This document shows, one piece after another, positions 32,644-40,967 of a DNA stretch of 42,365 nucleotides (the first letter of the stretch is position 1; each line of letters starts with the position of its first letter). The position numbers were made by a program, and so were the translations under genes. Location: the IMG/VR virus record IMGVR_UViG_3300027852_000019; one strand, 5' to 3'. The stretch is from a virus. Under the pieces are notes generated by a model. It was not told the origin of the DNA. It worked only from the letters and a program-made list of their open reading frames with translations, and ran no database searches.

Positions 32644-32960
32644 TATACCTCCAAACTCTTTTCCGACCACTTCTTAAATAGATTAACATTTTCTTCTGTT
32701 TGCCATTCTATATAGCCACAAGCTATGCACTCCATATAGTGTCCATTGGTGTAATAATCTCCTTTCTTACCACACTTCGGACATACTACCTTCTCCCTCA
32801 GTTCCTTCATCATCTTCCCAAATTTATCTTCTTTCAGTTCCTTGCTCCAAGCCTCTAGTTTGGCTGTTATTTTCTCTTGGCACTCATGACAAAGAATTTT
32901 GGATGGTGGGCAAACAGGATTTCCATCTCCATTGACGCAATACAATAGTTTCGCTTCCAT
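32643..32960 (-). CDS. Zinc-ribbon protein with multiple CxxC pairs.
   Basis: 105-aa ORF with SD AAGGAGGTATA before the ATG. Cys motifs CPPSKILCHEC and CPKCGK...CIACG. Confidence 0.75.
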   Translation of the reverse strand: MEAKLLYCVNGDGNPVCPPSKILCHECQEKITAKLEAWSKELKEDKFGKMMKELREKVVCPKCGKKGDYYTNGHYMECIACGYIEWQTEENVNLFKKWSEKSLEV

Positions 32961-32972
32961 TATACCTCCTTA

Positions 32973-34634
32973 TTATTCCCATCTCTGTAAATACTTAATC
33001 CCTACTGGCGTCCAGAACGGCGCAATATAAGATAAATCAGGCACTTCAACCTTTCCATTAACAAGGTACTCATCATGCACTCCAAGCACTAAATCCAAAT
33101 CCCTACACTTAACTAACCCTCGCTTGTATATCTCCGCAGCGGAACCTTGTATTGGGTAATTAACAGCTTTTCTTTTAATACCATCCTCTCTATCTTCTTC
33201 TATAGTAGGCAGCTTAATCTTCCTGTCAAATAATGTAGTAGCATATGGATTTCTCAATGCTTCCTCTTGTATTGTATGTATAAAATACCCAGCATCTGGA
33301 TACTTATCAAACCAATTCTCCCGTAACTCAATAGCTCTGCCAATGTTAACTATCTTAGCAGTCTCAGCAATAGTTTCAGCAGTACCACCATATATCATAG
33401 CAAATCCTACGTTCTTAGCAATTCGCCTAGGTATACCCATAAAGTCAGCGGTTTCCTGGTGTATATCACCACTCGGGTCGTTGAGTATTCTCATCATTTC
33501 TTTATCCTGAGACATATAAGCTAATACTCTAAGTTCCAACTGGCTAAAATCAAAGTCAGTAAACATCTCATCATCAGGGATGAATATATTCCTAACCTCA
33601 CCTTTTGGTATGTTTTGCATATTTCTATCAGTAGAACTTGGTCTTCCAGTCACAGCATCCATATGATACCGACAGTAGGCTCTAACATCCTTAGCCCATG
33701 GTTTAATATAATGGCTAAGAAGATAAGATGAAGACCTGTAGTTCAATACTATGGTAGCCAGCGGGTCAGTCATCTTACTTAATACTTCCTCGGTAGCACT
33801 TAACTGTTTCTTCTTATTTTTCCCACCTTTAGTAAATGGCAATCTATTAAATACACTATATGCTCCTCGTTTAGCTAGTGTATAACTGACCTGTTGTGGA
33901 GATCCTGGACTAAAACCTTCCCCATCACATAAAGCTGTGAAGTACTCAACCTCTTTAACTAGCTTGGTTTCAATCTTAGCCCTAACTTCCTGGTCTATTA
34001 ATATCCCACTAAATGACATTGGGTCTACTAATATAGACGTAGCTTCCATTTCTATATTATAATACTCTATGTCTACCCGTGGAATTAGATTATTATATAC
34101 CTCAAAAGTAGCTATGCAATCTTGACAGCACTTTCTAGCAGTCTCATCTGTTGGAATTTCTAGCATATTCTTCTTACCATGATATGTAAGCAAGTCCTTA
34201 ATATCACCAACTTCTACCAATCTTCCGCCATGTGCTGCTACATACGATACTATATCACATAACCTAGACGGTGATATATTTAACAAGTGTGCTAGGACGT
34301 TAGTATCAGCTATGTTACCATTATATATCTCATGCTCTCTCATAGCTAGTAAATCAAATGGAGCATTTTGAAATACTTTGAGGATGTTTGGGTCTTTAAG
34401 TAAATGCCAGGGAACTACTGGTGACACGGTAGGAAATAATGGGAAATAAAATGCGATGTATGGACTAACTGCTACTCCAATACCAATAGCTACTTTCTCT
34501 TTGAGGGATATGGTTTCAGTATCCACTGCAATGGTGTGTATACTACCAGTAAGATAATCAGAATACATACCACTTCTCGGAGATTCCTCTCCATAGTAGT
34601 AAAAGTTCTTCTCAGCATCATGAGCGAAGTACAT
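32973..34634 (-). CDS. Family A DNA polymerase with a 3'-5' exonuclease domain.
   Basis: 553 aa. Exo motifs IAVDTETISL and NAPFDLLAM. Pol motif A DFSQLELRVLAY, motif B RRIAKNVGFAMIYG, motif C LGVHDEYLV. Confidence 0.95.
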   Translation of the reverse strand: MYFAHDAEKNFYYYGEESPRSGMYSDYLTGSIHTIAVDTETISLKEKVAIGIGVAVSPYIAFYFPLFPTVSPVVPWHLLKDPNILKVFQNAPFDLLAMREHEIYNGNIADTNVLAHLLNISPSRLCDIVSYVAAHGGRLVEVGDIKDLLTYHGKKNMLEIPTDETARKCCQDCIATFEVYNNLIPRVDIEYYNIEMEATSILVDPMSFSGILIDQEVRAKIETKLVKEVEYFTALCDGEGFSPGSPQQVSYTLAKRGAYSVFNRLPFTKGGKNKKKQLSATEEVLSKMTDPLATIVLNYRSSSYLLSHYIKPWAKDVRAYCRYHMDAVTGRPSSTDRNMQNIPKGEVRNIFIPDDEMFTDFDFSQLELRVLAYMSQDKEMMRILNDPSGDIHQETADFMGIPRRIAKNVGFAMIYGGTAETIAETAKIVNIGRAIELRENWFDKYPDAGYFIHTIQEEALRNPYATTLFDRKIKLPTIEEDREDGIKRKAVNYPIQGSAAEIYKRGLVKCRDLDLVLGVHDEYLVNGKVEVPDLSYIAPFWTPVGIKYLQRWE

Positions 34635-34636
34635 TA

Positions 34637-34858
34637 TTATTTATCCTCTTTCTTTATAGCATTTAGGTTATTATGAAATTCCTCTGCACTATTTACAATC
34701 TGTTCTATTGCTGCTGGTATGTGGTCTTGCAACCCATACATACGAAATGCTGCCATGATACCATTAAGTTGAAGTTTGAGTAATCCTACTGCTTTGATTT
34801 TATCCAATGTATTTATTCTCCTATGGTATATCGGTGTGGAAAGTTTGTTACTAACCAT
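34637..34858 (-). CDS. Hypothetical small protein; start uncertain.
   Basis: 73-aa ORF that overlaps the upstream gene by 46 nt. A TTG near 34800, shortly after the upstream TAA stop (34813-34815), is an alternative start that would give MDKIKAVGLL... Confidence 0.55.
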   Translation of the reverse strand: MVSNKLSTPIYHRRINTLDKIKAVGLLKLQLNGIMAAFRMYGLQDHIPAAIEQIVNSAEEFHNNLNAIKKEDK

Positions 34859-35022
34859 TCCACTACTCGGTTTATGTCCTTTGCCTTAATTGGTTCATGC
34901 CGAAAGTCTGGGAGTGTACTGACATCATATCCACAATGTATTGCTCCAAATAAAACCTTACCTATGTAGCTAAAATCCGCTCTATCACCACTATTAACAT
35001 AATGTAGTTTAATTTTAATCAT
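34813..35022 (-). CDS. Hypothetical protein.
   Basis: 69-aa ORF with SD GGAGGTTAAG before the ATG and an ATGA overlap with the methyltransferase stop. Confidence 0.7.
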   Translation of the reverse strand: MIKIKLHYVNSGDRADFSYIGKVLFGAIHCGYDVSTLPDFRHEPIKAKDINRVVEWLVTNFPHRYTIGE

Positions 35023-35816
35023 CTTAACCTCCTAAATATAACTATATCCTCATCTTCAACAGTTTCATAACCTCTGCTTCTCCATAACTTCAAGAACCCA
35101 GTACCTGGTGCATACCTCTTGAACCAATCCATCACTTCAAATCCTGTTTTAATACAGGTTCTAATCAACCAATCGGATAGATACACTCTACTTCCCTGTT
35201 TCATATAATCCTTGAGTATCACAGTCAAGGTCCCAGGTGGTATTATACTCTCATAACAGAGTTTGTATATACTCTCCATAGCTTGGTTATACATAAACTT
35301 GCTAAGATTACCCACATTATTAGGACTCTCAGAGTAATTTCCAATGCTATCTTTGTACGTCCCAGCTAGTTGTCTAGTGCTATCCTGCTTAGCTACCTTC
35401 ATCTTCATAATCTGAGCATATGGTGGTGAGAATATAATATGGTTAACTGGGATTGGTAGCACCTTTCTACAATCTCCAGTAATGATGGTTATGTTACTAT
35501 TAGTCCTGGGTTGTATGGCATCCCTTGACTCAAATAGTGAGTTGTAGTAACTAGCTTCTAATTCTAAGCATATTATATTCCTATCCATCAATGCACCTAC
35601 CATGATAGTTCCACTCCCAGACATTATATCCATGAGCGTCTCATTCTTCTTAGATACATAACTTATAATAGACTCATACAATCCAATCGGAGCTTTAGCT
35701 GGATGTTCCATACACTGTGGAGGAAATAAGTCCTTCCTTATCTTAGCATCATGCAGTTCTGGAAATATAATCCAGCCATTTTCTTTTCTTTGATAATCTG
35801 GTGCGAACTCTTTCAT
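35019..35816 (-). CDS. DNA methyltransferase, N4-C/N6-A amino-methyltransferase type.
   Basis: 265 aa. AdoMet motif I LMDIMSGSGTIMVGA is followed about 60 residues later by catalytic motif IV IIFSPPYA (SPPY). Confidence 0.85.
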   Translation of the reverse strand: MKEFAPDYQRKENGWIIFPELHDAKIRKDLFPPQCMEHPAKAPIGLYESIISYVSKKNETLMDIMSGSGTIMVGALMDRNIICLELEASYYNSLFESRDAIQPRTNSNITIITGDCRKVLPIPVNHIIFSPPYAQIMKMKVAKQDSTRQLAGTYKDSIGNYSESPNNVGNLSKFMYNQAMESIYKLCYESIIPPGTLTVILKDYMKQGSRVYLSDWLIRTCIKTGFEVMDWFKRYAPGTGFLKLWRSRGYETVEDEDIVIFRRLR

Positions 35817-36136
35817 TTAACTTTCTTGTCCTTATCTTTATTATGTTGCTTAGACATTTCTGCATTCCATGTCTCTGACTTTCTCCATATACCAAGACAC
35901 TCTGGACACTGGAATAATGTATCACTACCTCTAACCCAATCAAGAGGAACCTTACACTCCATACAATATGGTATAATAGCTATGAACTTGGAGTTGATTG
36001 CTGTCTGTGCTTCCTGTATTAAAGTTGCCGTCTTATATGTTATGTGTACATCCATATCTGGGAGTTTAACTCCATTTTTTATTGTGTCTAACCCTTGAAT
36101 TATATCCACAAATGGACTGTCTTTACTATACGACAT
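35813..36136 (-). CDS. Zinc-ribbon protein.
   Basis: 107-aa ORF with Cys motifs CMECKVPLDW...FQCPEC and a Lys-rich tail. Confidence 0.75.
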   Translation of the reverse strand: MSYSKDSPFVDIIQGLDTIKNGVKLPDMDVHITYKTATLIQEAQTAINSKFIAIIPYCMECKVPLDWVRGSDTLFQCPECLGIWRKSETWNAEMSKQHNKDKDKKVK

Positions 36137-36852
36137 TATAACCTCCTTCCTAATGCTTCTAATAACTTTCTAGCTATAACAATTCCAACCCCTTCAGTCA
36201 TAGCTAACTCTTCTGGCTCTTGCTGAGCAATTTGCCAAACTGTTAAATACCTATCCACCAATGCTCTAGCTTTCTTTTCACCGAGTTCCACACCACTAAT
36301 TCCCATCAGGGTTAATACATGCTGGTTCCAAGGTTCAATCCTAATCTTTGGCTTGATGTATCTTTGAAGTGTGTTATGCTCTAGCTTCTGTGAGTTATTA
36401 TACATAGCTACTAGTGTAGTAGCTGTATCTGCTAAATTAAATGTAGGTATGCAAGTAATTCCAGATTTATCTAGTTGATATAACCAAGCATGTACTGACA
36501 TGGAACTAACTCTATACTTATGTCCTGGTCGGAGAAACTTATTATCCTTAGTAGGCAGCCACTCTTGCATTCCAGGCTTGCCACTGACTATTGTTGGACC
36601 ATATACACCCTCAGTGAGTAGATACATCTCATCCATCTTTATTATATCTCTTCTTAACTGTTCCTCAGTAGCATCTAGACTACCTAGCAATTCACCAGCT
36701 TGTTTTCTACTAACTCCAATCCTATGTCCGTCAATGGCTATCCAGTTATAATCTGGCAATCCTTTTGAGTTAAAACTAGCTCTGATGGTTGGAACAGATG
36801 AGGTAATTAATAGCTCTAACTCAACTGGTTCAAATGTATCTATGCCTATCAT
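36136..36852 (-). CDS. ERCC4/Mus81/XPF-like nuclease with a C-terminal (HhH)2 domain. Candidate junction resolvase.
   Basis: 238 aa. The N-terminal pattern IGIDTFEP...LPDYNWI...IGVSRKQAGELLGSL parallels D.RE...GDY...ERKxxxDL. The C-terminal GISGVELGEKKARALVDRY...EGVGIVIARKLLEAL forms two helix-hairpin-helix motifs. Confidence 0.6.
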   Translation of the reverse strand: MIGIDTFEPVELELLITSSVPTIRASFNSKGLPDYNWIAIDGHRIGVSRKQAGELLGSLDATEEQLRRDIIKMDEMYLLTEGVYGPTIVSGKPGMQEWLPTKDNKFLRPGHKYRVSSMSVHAWLYQLDKSGITCIPTFNLADTATTLVAMYNNSQKLEHNTLQRYIKPKIRIEPWNQHVLTLMGISGVELGEKKARALVDRYLTVWQIAQQEPEELAMTEGVGIVIARKLLEALGRRL

Positions 36853-36867
36853 ATTTCTATTATGAAC

Positions 36868-37089
36868 TTAGTCTCCAGCATTCCCTGTTGCTGTACTTGG
36901 AACTATTCTTAAAGGGCTGGGCTGTTCCAACGTTTCTATGGATGGTTGTGTCTCAGAGCTATCCCATTCTAAAGTATAAGGGATTCCATCACAACTTCCT
37001 GTTACTCTATGTTCACAATTATGACCTTCAAGTAACTCACAACAAAACCATTTCCCTGAAAAATCCAATATTTCTTTACAGTTATTCAT
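36868..37089 (-). CDS. Cys-rich hypothetical protein.
   Basis: 73-aa ORF with SD AAGGGGGATAA before the ATG. Confidence 0.65.
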   Translation of the reverse strand: MNNCKEILDFSGKWFCCELLEGHNCEHRVTGSCDGIPYTLEWDSSETQPSIETLEQPSPLRIVPSTATGNAGD

Positions 37090-37144
37090 TTATCCCCCTT
37101 ATTGCTTCCATTCAGGTAAGCAACTCTTGTTGCTGCTTCCTTTT

Positions 37145-37927
37145 TCATATAATACTAGCTCCAGTGATTATACCTTCCTGCTCCATTATCTTACTATAAC
37201 TCGGGTCTTCAAATGGCAGTCCTACTAATGGAGCAGGTACAGACTCAGCTTCTACCTTACACCAAAATGACCCATTGTTTTTATAGGTATGTAGCATCCA
37301 ATCCGTACTATCCCCAAGTGAATTAAACCCAGACCTTTCCCTCTTTCCTGTCTTTGACTCTTCAACTCTGCCTGTCTTAGGGTTAGGCATTGGTTTATAT
37401 TCATCCCTGGAATGGTGTATAATTACCAGGTTTTTATCCCTAGCTCTTGCTTGGTATATTATACCTCTCATCCTGATGTTAGGTTCCCTGTATTCAATAG
37501 GTAATAAGCTGACTCTTAAATTCTCATTAGGTTTAGCATTACCAGCAGCATCTAATTGTAACTCTTGTTTCTCTTGCAAGTAGCTAGTACATATCAACTC
37601 CCAAAGCAGAGTACCTGTGTCTATTACTCCAGTTACCATCTCAGGCTTACTTAACAAGTTCTTAACATAGTCCTCTAGGAATTGATACCATAGTTCCTTC
37701 ATTCCAGTAACTATCTTAGATGGCCTAAAGCTAGGCTCTGCTTGGATTGGAGCTATAAATCCATGGTAGTCCACCAAGCCATCATTTATTTCCTGCTGAA
37801 ACTTCCACTTAGCTCGGTTGTATCCGCCAAGGTCAAGCTCGGCATAATACATTGGCTTAGGGAATGTAAGAGCTAGAGTGCTCTTCCCTGTCTTATCATC
37901 TCCCCATATTCCACAAACTATTGACAT
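37145..37927 (-). CDS. Sak4-like (AAA_24) RecA-family ATPase.
   Basis: 260 aa. N-terminal Walker A IWGDDKTGKSTLALTFPKP and Walker B-like GVIDTGT. SD GGGAGGTAAATA before the ATG. Confidence 0.7.
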   Translation of the reverse strand: MSIVCGIWGDDKTGKSTLALTFPKPMYYAELDLGGYNRAKWKFQQEINDGLVDYHGFIAPIQAEPSFRPSKIVTGMKELWYQFLEDYVKNLLSKPEMVTGVIDTGTLLWELICTSYLQEKQELQLDAAGNAKPNENLRVSLLPIEYREPNIRMRGIIYQARARDKNLVIIHHSRDEYKPMPNPKTGRVEESKTGKRERSGFNSLGDSTDWMLHTYKNNGSFWCKVEAESVPAPLVGLPFEDPSYSKIMEQEGIITGASII

Positions 37928-38826
37928 TATTTACCTCCCTGGTATAACATACCTTTCGGGCAATACATTGCAACCTCACAGTATCCTTGGCATCTCCTAC
38001 CATCCCAGCACTCCCTATTATCACATGGTTGTGGAAGAAATGTCTTATCTTCCTGGTATATTTCCAATGCTAATAGTAAAGCTCTGGCTTTCCTATCAAA
38101 GTATTGTTTAACATAGTCATCCTCTAACCTTTTTATTGGTATTAGTCTTATATTAAAATCAATACCTCTGCTAGTAGCTATTTGTGTATTACCATCTCTG
38201 ACTGTAACCTGTAATTGCATAGCTTTGATGTTTAATCCTCTGTCTTCTAGCTTAACTCTATAATTATTAAGCTGCATTTCCTCATTCCAAAGGTCTACAT
38301 TGTTAGGATTTACAGAGAATATACTTATCATCTTAGAAGTTCCAGCTTTACCCCACTTTCCAGATATCTTATACTTTGCTCCAGTTGGGTCAGGAGCCTT
38401 ATGTTCTACTAGACCAAGTGCTCTTGATACTCTATAACTACCCCAAGTTTTATAGTCAGTTAACAACCATGTACCATCAGACTCTGGTTCTAGTAAATCA
38501 AATATGTCTCTACCATCTGGAGACAGGGCTACCTCTGAGAGTAGCCCCATCTCCTTAGCTTCTGTACTTAGCATATCATGGTGTCCAGTTCCCAATAAAG
38601 CAAATGCTCTACTTTGTGGCTCTATGAAAAAGTCACGGGTTAACTTAAGGAACTCCTGCATTGTACCATTAAGTAACTGTGTGGTACTAGGTTGTCCATT
38701 CCATACACGCTCCTCACTGATAAGTTTGAGTGTTGGCAATGTAAGACACCTATGGTCACAATGGGATAGGCATTGTTCTACTGATACAATGTCTCCATCT
38801 GGGCATTGAAAAGCTACTAATGGCAT
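37927..38826 (-). CDS. PD-(D/E)xK nuclease of the Cas4/RecB-like type with Cys clusters.
   Basis: 299 aa. DLLEPESDGTWLLTDYKT (D...D-Y-K core), an N-terminal CLSHCDHRC cluster, and C-terminal CDNRECWDGRRCQGYCEVAMYC. Confidence 0.7.
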   Translation of the reverse strand: MPLVAFQCPDGDIVSVEQCLSHCDHRCLTLPTLKLISEERVWNGQPSTTQLLNGTMQEFLKLTRDFFIEPQSRAFALLGTGHHDMLSTEAKEMGLLSEVALSPDGRDIFDLLEPESDGTWLLTDYKTWGSYRVSRALGLVEHKAPDPTGAKYKISGKWGKAGTSKMISIFSVNPNNVDLWNEEMQLNNYRVKLEDRGLNIKAMQLQVTVRDGNTQIATSRGIDFNIRLIPIKRLEDDYVKQYFDRKARALLLALEIYQEDKTFLPQPCDNRECWDGRRCQGYCEVAMYCPKGMLYQGGK

Positions 38827-38831
38827 AATTA

Positions 38832-38972
38832 CTACTCCTTGTGTTTTATTTTTAATGTTTCTGCAATTTCTCTTGCTTTCAATGTGATATATTTCTCTCT
38901 TTCCTCTTCACTCATGTCATTTATTGGTTTGATTATCCTAGCATATAAGTCATCCCATGAACTTACCTCCAT
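38832..38972 (-). CDS. Hypothetical protein, 46 aa.
   Basis: My own translation: MEVSSWDDLYARIIKPINDMSEEEREKYITLKAREIAETLKIKHKE. AAGAGG lies upstream. Confidence 0.5.
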   Translation of the reverse strand: MEVSSWDDLYARIIKPINDMSEEEREKYITLKAREIAETLKIKHKE

Positions 38973-38989
38973 TGTCTACCTCTTATTAT

Positions 38990-39631
38990 CTACCCTTTAT
39001 TGGTATGCCAGCCATTCTCATCCTTCCAAGCCTTGTTAGCAGCTTCCATTGCAGGTAGGAAGGTCTTACCCATAATGCTGGTTAGCAACTGCATGTCACT
39101 CTTTACCAGGTTATCTTGGAATACCTTTTGATTCCACTCCTGCTCTGTTGCACAGCTATCTAGTAATTCCAATGCTCTATCTGTGGGACTGACTCCTCCA
39201 GCTTGGGATGTAATTGCAGCCCTAACTATCTCATGCACTTCCCAGCAGTCACGGCTGGTACTTTTTCCTTCCTTGGCATTCCATAGGTCATGTGGGACTA
39301 TCTCCATAAGCAAGCGACTGCTTACCAAATCTCCAATGTCCTCAGTGTCTTTTATATGCTTAGCTGCTGAGTCTGCTAGGATTGTCCATAGGCTGGTCCT
39401 TCTTTTGTTGAGTGGTATAGATATCTGAGCAACTGGGAATTGGTATGGCTCTGTAGTTTCTATAATGTCGGTGCTAGGGTCAAGAGAGAAGTTGAGATTT
39501 ACATATGTTACTAGCCTTCCCTCTATTGCTCTTGAGTCTGCTAGGTAACTATCCAACTTACCCCAAAATTTCCTGAGTGGAATTCTAGCTCCACCATCTA
39601 CTATTCCTCTAAAACTAACTGATTCATCCAT
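38990..39631 (-). CDS. Hypothetical protein. It could be an ssDNA-binding or annealing partner of the recombination module, but that is unsupported.
   Basis: 213-aa ORF, second gene after the RHH promoter. The suggested role rests on position only. Confidence 0.8.
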   Translation of the reverse strand: MDESVSFRGIVDGGARIPLRKFWGKLDSYLADSRAIEGRLVTYVNLNFSLDPSTDIIETTEPYQFPVAQISIPLNKRRTSLWTILADSAAKHIKDTEDIGDLVSSRLLMEIVPHDLWNAKEGKSTSRDCWEVHEIVRAAITSQAGGVSPTDRALELLDSCATEQEWNQKVFQDNLVKSDMQLLTSIMGKTFLPAMEAANKAWKDENGWHTNKG

Positions 39632-39657
39632 TGTATTGTAATCCTCCTATTTTATAT

Positions 39658-39855
39658 TTACCATTCTCTTACTATTGGACTCACTGATTGTATATCTACT
39701 ATTTCTTTCTTAATTGTATCTAATAATGCCTCCTTGACAACCATACTTATTGTCTTACCATGCTGTGCAGCTAGTACATGAACTTGCCTCCTTTCTTCCA
39801 TGGTCATATCTAGTACGACATGCCATTTTGCATTGTTCTCACTATTGGCTATCAT
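39658..39855 (-). CDS. Ribbon-helix-helix (CopG/Arc-like) transcriptional regulator, 65 aa from the promoter-proximal ATG.
   Basis: KWHVVLDMTMEERRQVHVLAAQHGKTISMVVKEALLD fits the strand-helix-helix pattern. The longer track ORF (to 39894) would begin inside the -35 hexamer. Confidence 0.65.
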   Translation of the reverse strand: MIANSENNAKWHVVLDMTMEERRQVHVLAAQHGKTISMVVKEALLDTIKKEIVDIQSVSPIVREW

Positions 39856-39865
39856 CTCAATATAC

Positions 39866-39894
39866 ATTATATCATGCCAGGCCAGGCTTGTCAA
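39866..39894 (-). promoter_or_regulatory. Consensus sigma-A promoter, leftward, for the RHH gene.
   Basis: The minus strand reads TTGACA (39894..39889), 17 nt, then TATAAT (39871..39866) preceded by TGA. The palindrome GCTTGTCAAGC (39886-39896) overlaps the -35. Confidence 0.7.
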
Positions 39895-39929
39895 GCTGAC
39901 ATAATGCCTAAAGCTTTATGACAAGCGTG

Positions 39930-39947
39930 AGCTTGACATTATGTATT
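39930..39947 (+). repeat. Left copy of the 18-bp direct repeat AGCTTGACATWATGTATT.
   Basis: AGCTTGACATTATGTATT here and AGCTTGACATAATGTATT at 40491-40508, a 17/18 match. Confidence 0.8.
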
Positions 39948-39961
39948 CGATATGATACAAT
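39933..39961 (+). promoter_or_regulatory. Sigma-A promoter, rightward. It drives the leaderless nuclease ORF.
   Basis: TTGACA (39933-39938), 17 nt, then TACAAT (39956-39961) preceded by TGA. The ATG at 39968 begins 6 nt after the -10. Confidence 0.7.
39937..39950. repeat. Left arm of a perfect 14-bp inverted repeat.
   Basis: CATTATGTATTCGA is the exact reverse complement of TCGAATACATAATG at 40421-40434. Confidence 0.9.
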
Positions 39962-39967
39962 GCTAAT

Positions 39968-40432
39968 ATGACAGTTAATACAACTGGTGGGATTAGGTTT
40001 GATGATAGCTACCACAAGGCTCATAGGGAAGCAAGTGCTAGGTATTGCAGGAATAATCCTGACAAAGTTAAGATGAATACACTTAGACAAAGAAAGCATA
40101 GAAGTGAGCATCTTGAGGAGCATAGAGAATACCATAAAAATTATCATAGAAACCAGCTTATTTTACTTAAGACTGGTCAATGGGTTAAAGCTGATTGTAA
40201 GCCTCCAAGACCAAAAGATGTATGTGATGTATGTGGTAAAGAAGCTAAGAAGTTGTACTATCACCACTGGGATGATAGCTTGCCAGAAGCTGGTATGTGG
40301 GTATGTCATACATGCCATGCTGGATGTGAGTTTGTTGATAAAGATTATCATACCAAATACCTTAGAACCAAGTCCATCATTATGACCCAGCATGACATAA
40401 AACAATCATCATGTATTGTATCGAATACATAA
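39968..40432 (+). CDS. HNH/Endonuclease-VII-like zinc-finger nuclease (putative). Opposite strand to its neighbours.
   Basis: 154 aa. CDVCGKEAKKLYYHHWDD...MWVCHTCHAGCE fits CxxC...HH...CxxC. The basic N-terminal region (YHKAHREASARYCRNNPDKVKMNTLRQRKHR) resembles the N-termini of EndoVII-family phage proteins. No SD is present. Confidence 0.55.
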   Translation: MTVNTTGGIRFDDSYHKAHREASARYCRNNPDKVKMNTLRQRKHRSEHLEEHREYHKNYHRNQLILLKTGQWVKADCKPPRPKDVCDVCGKEAKKLYYHHWDDSLPEAGMWVCHTCHAGCEFVDKDYHTKYLRTKSIIMTQHDIKQSSCIVSNT

Positions 40433-40434
40433 TG
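40421..40434. repeat. Right arm of the perfect 14-bp inverted repeat.
   Basis: TCGAATACATAATG overlaps the TAA stop (40430-40432). It also forms a local hairpin, ATGTATT (40411-40417) with AATACAT (40424-40430). Confidence 0.9.
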
Positions 40435-40490
40435 AGCTATATTGTTTGATACATATATATTATAACTACTCTATATGTATAATTTTTTAT

Positions 40491-40508
40491 AGCTTGACAT
40501 AATGTATT
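40491..40508 (+). repeat. Right copy of the 18-bp direct repeat.
   Basis: AGCTTGACATAATGTATT. No -10 hexamer follows at a 17-nt spacing. Confidence 0.8.
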
Positions 40509-40513
40509 AGGCA

Positions 40514-40720
40514 CTAGTCCAGTATATCTATTGTTAACCTTGCTTTCCATTCTTTACGAGATGTTACTATTGGCTTATGTGGGAGTGCATCTATAGCTAT
40601 ACGTTCTCCAGTGTCAGTTTCAAATACTAGCTCCCAATCATCATAAGATACATCTCCATCTGGTGTCATTTCTGGGTAGGTTACTATTTTAACTTTGCCT
40701 TGATAGGTACGGCTTTTCAT
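40514..40720 (-). CDS. Hypothetical protein.
   Basis: 68-aa ORF with SD AATAGGAGGATGAT before the ATG. Confidence 0.75.
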   Translation of the reverse strand: MKSRTYQGKVKIVTYPEMTPDGDVSYDDWELVFETDTGERIAIDALPHKPIVTSRKEWKARLTIDILD

Positions 40721-40722
40721 AT

Positions 40723-40744
40723 CATCCTCCTATTTGGTTATTTT
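40723..40744. repeat. 22-bp perfect direct repeat, copy 1 (gene-junction/SD region).
   Basis: CATCCTCCTATTTGGTTATTTT is identical at 40968-40989. Confidence 0.9.
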
Positions 40745-40746
40745 TA

Positions 40747-40965
40747 TTATTCCATTCCTTCAATTTTATTTATAATTCTCTTCATTTTGTCCTGGCATGG
40801 TTTGAGATTTTCATATAGATATTGTACATGGACTTCTGGACTATCTATTTCAGGATTACAGGAGAATCCCGCAGCGATTATATCTGCTGTTTCCCTGCAA
40901 ACATCAAGCAGTTCGTAGTGGTTATCACTAAGGCTTTGTTCTAGTTTGTACCCCATTTTACTCAT
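40747..40965 (-). CDS. Hypothetical protein.
   Basis: 72-aa ORF with SD AATAGGAGGATGAA before the ATG. Confidence 0.75.
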   Translation of the reverse strand: MSKMGYKLEQSLSDNHYELLDVCRETADIIAAGFSCNPEIDSPEVHVQYLYENLKPCQDKMKRIINKIEGME

Positions 40966-40967
40966 TT

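Noticed and set aside
39908-40405. Track ORFs 39908..40147 (-), 40104..40385 (+) and 40163..40405 (-), which overlap the nuclease gene.
   Set aside because: They have no SD or promoter support. They overlap the motif-bearing frame 39968..40432 and are hydrophobic, AT-codon-driven sequences.
40494-40530. TTGACA at 40494-40499 as an active rightward promoter.
   Set aside because: No acceptable -10 hexamer lies at a 16-18-nt spacing (GTCCAG at 17 nt), and no rightward ORF follows. It is interpreted as the duplicated half of the 39930 repeat.
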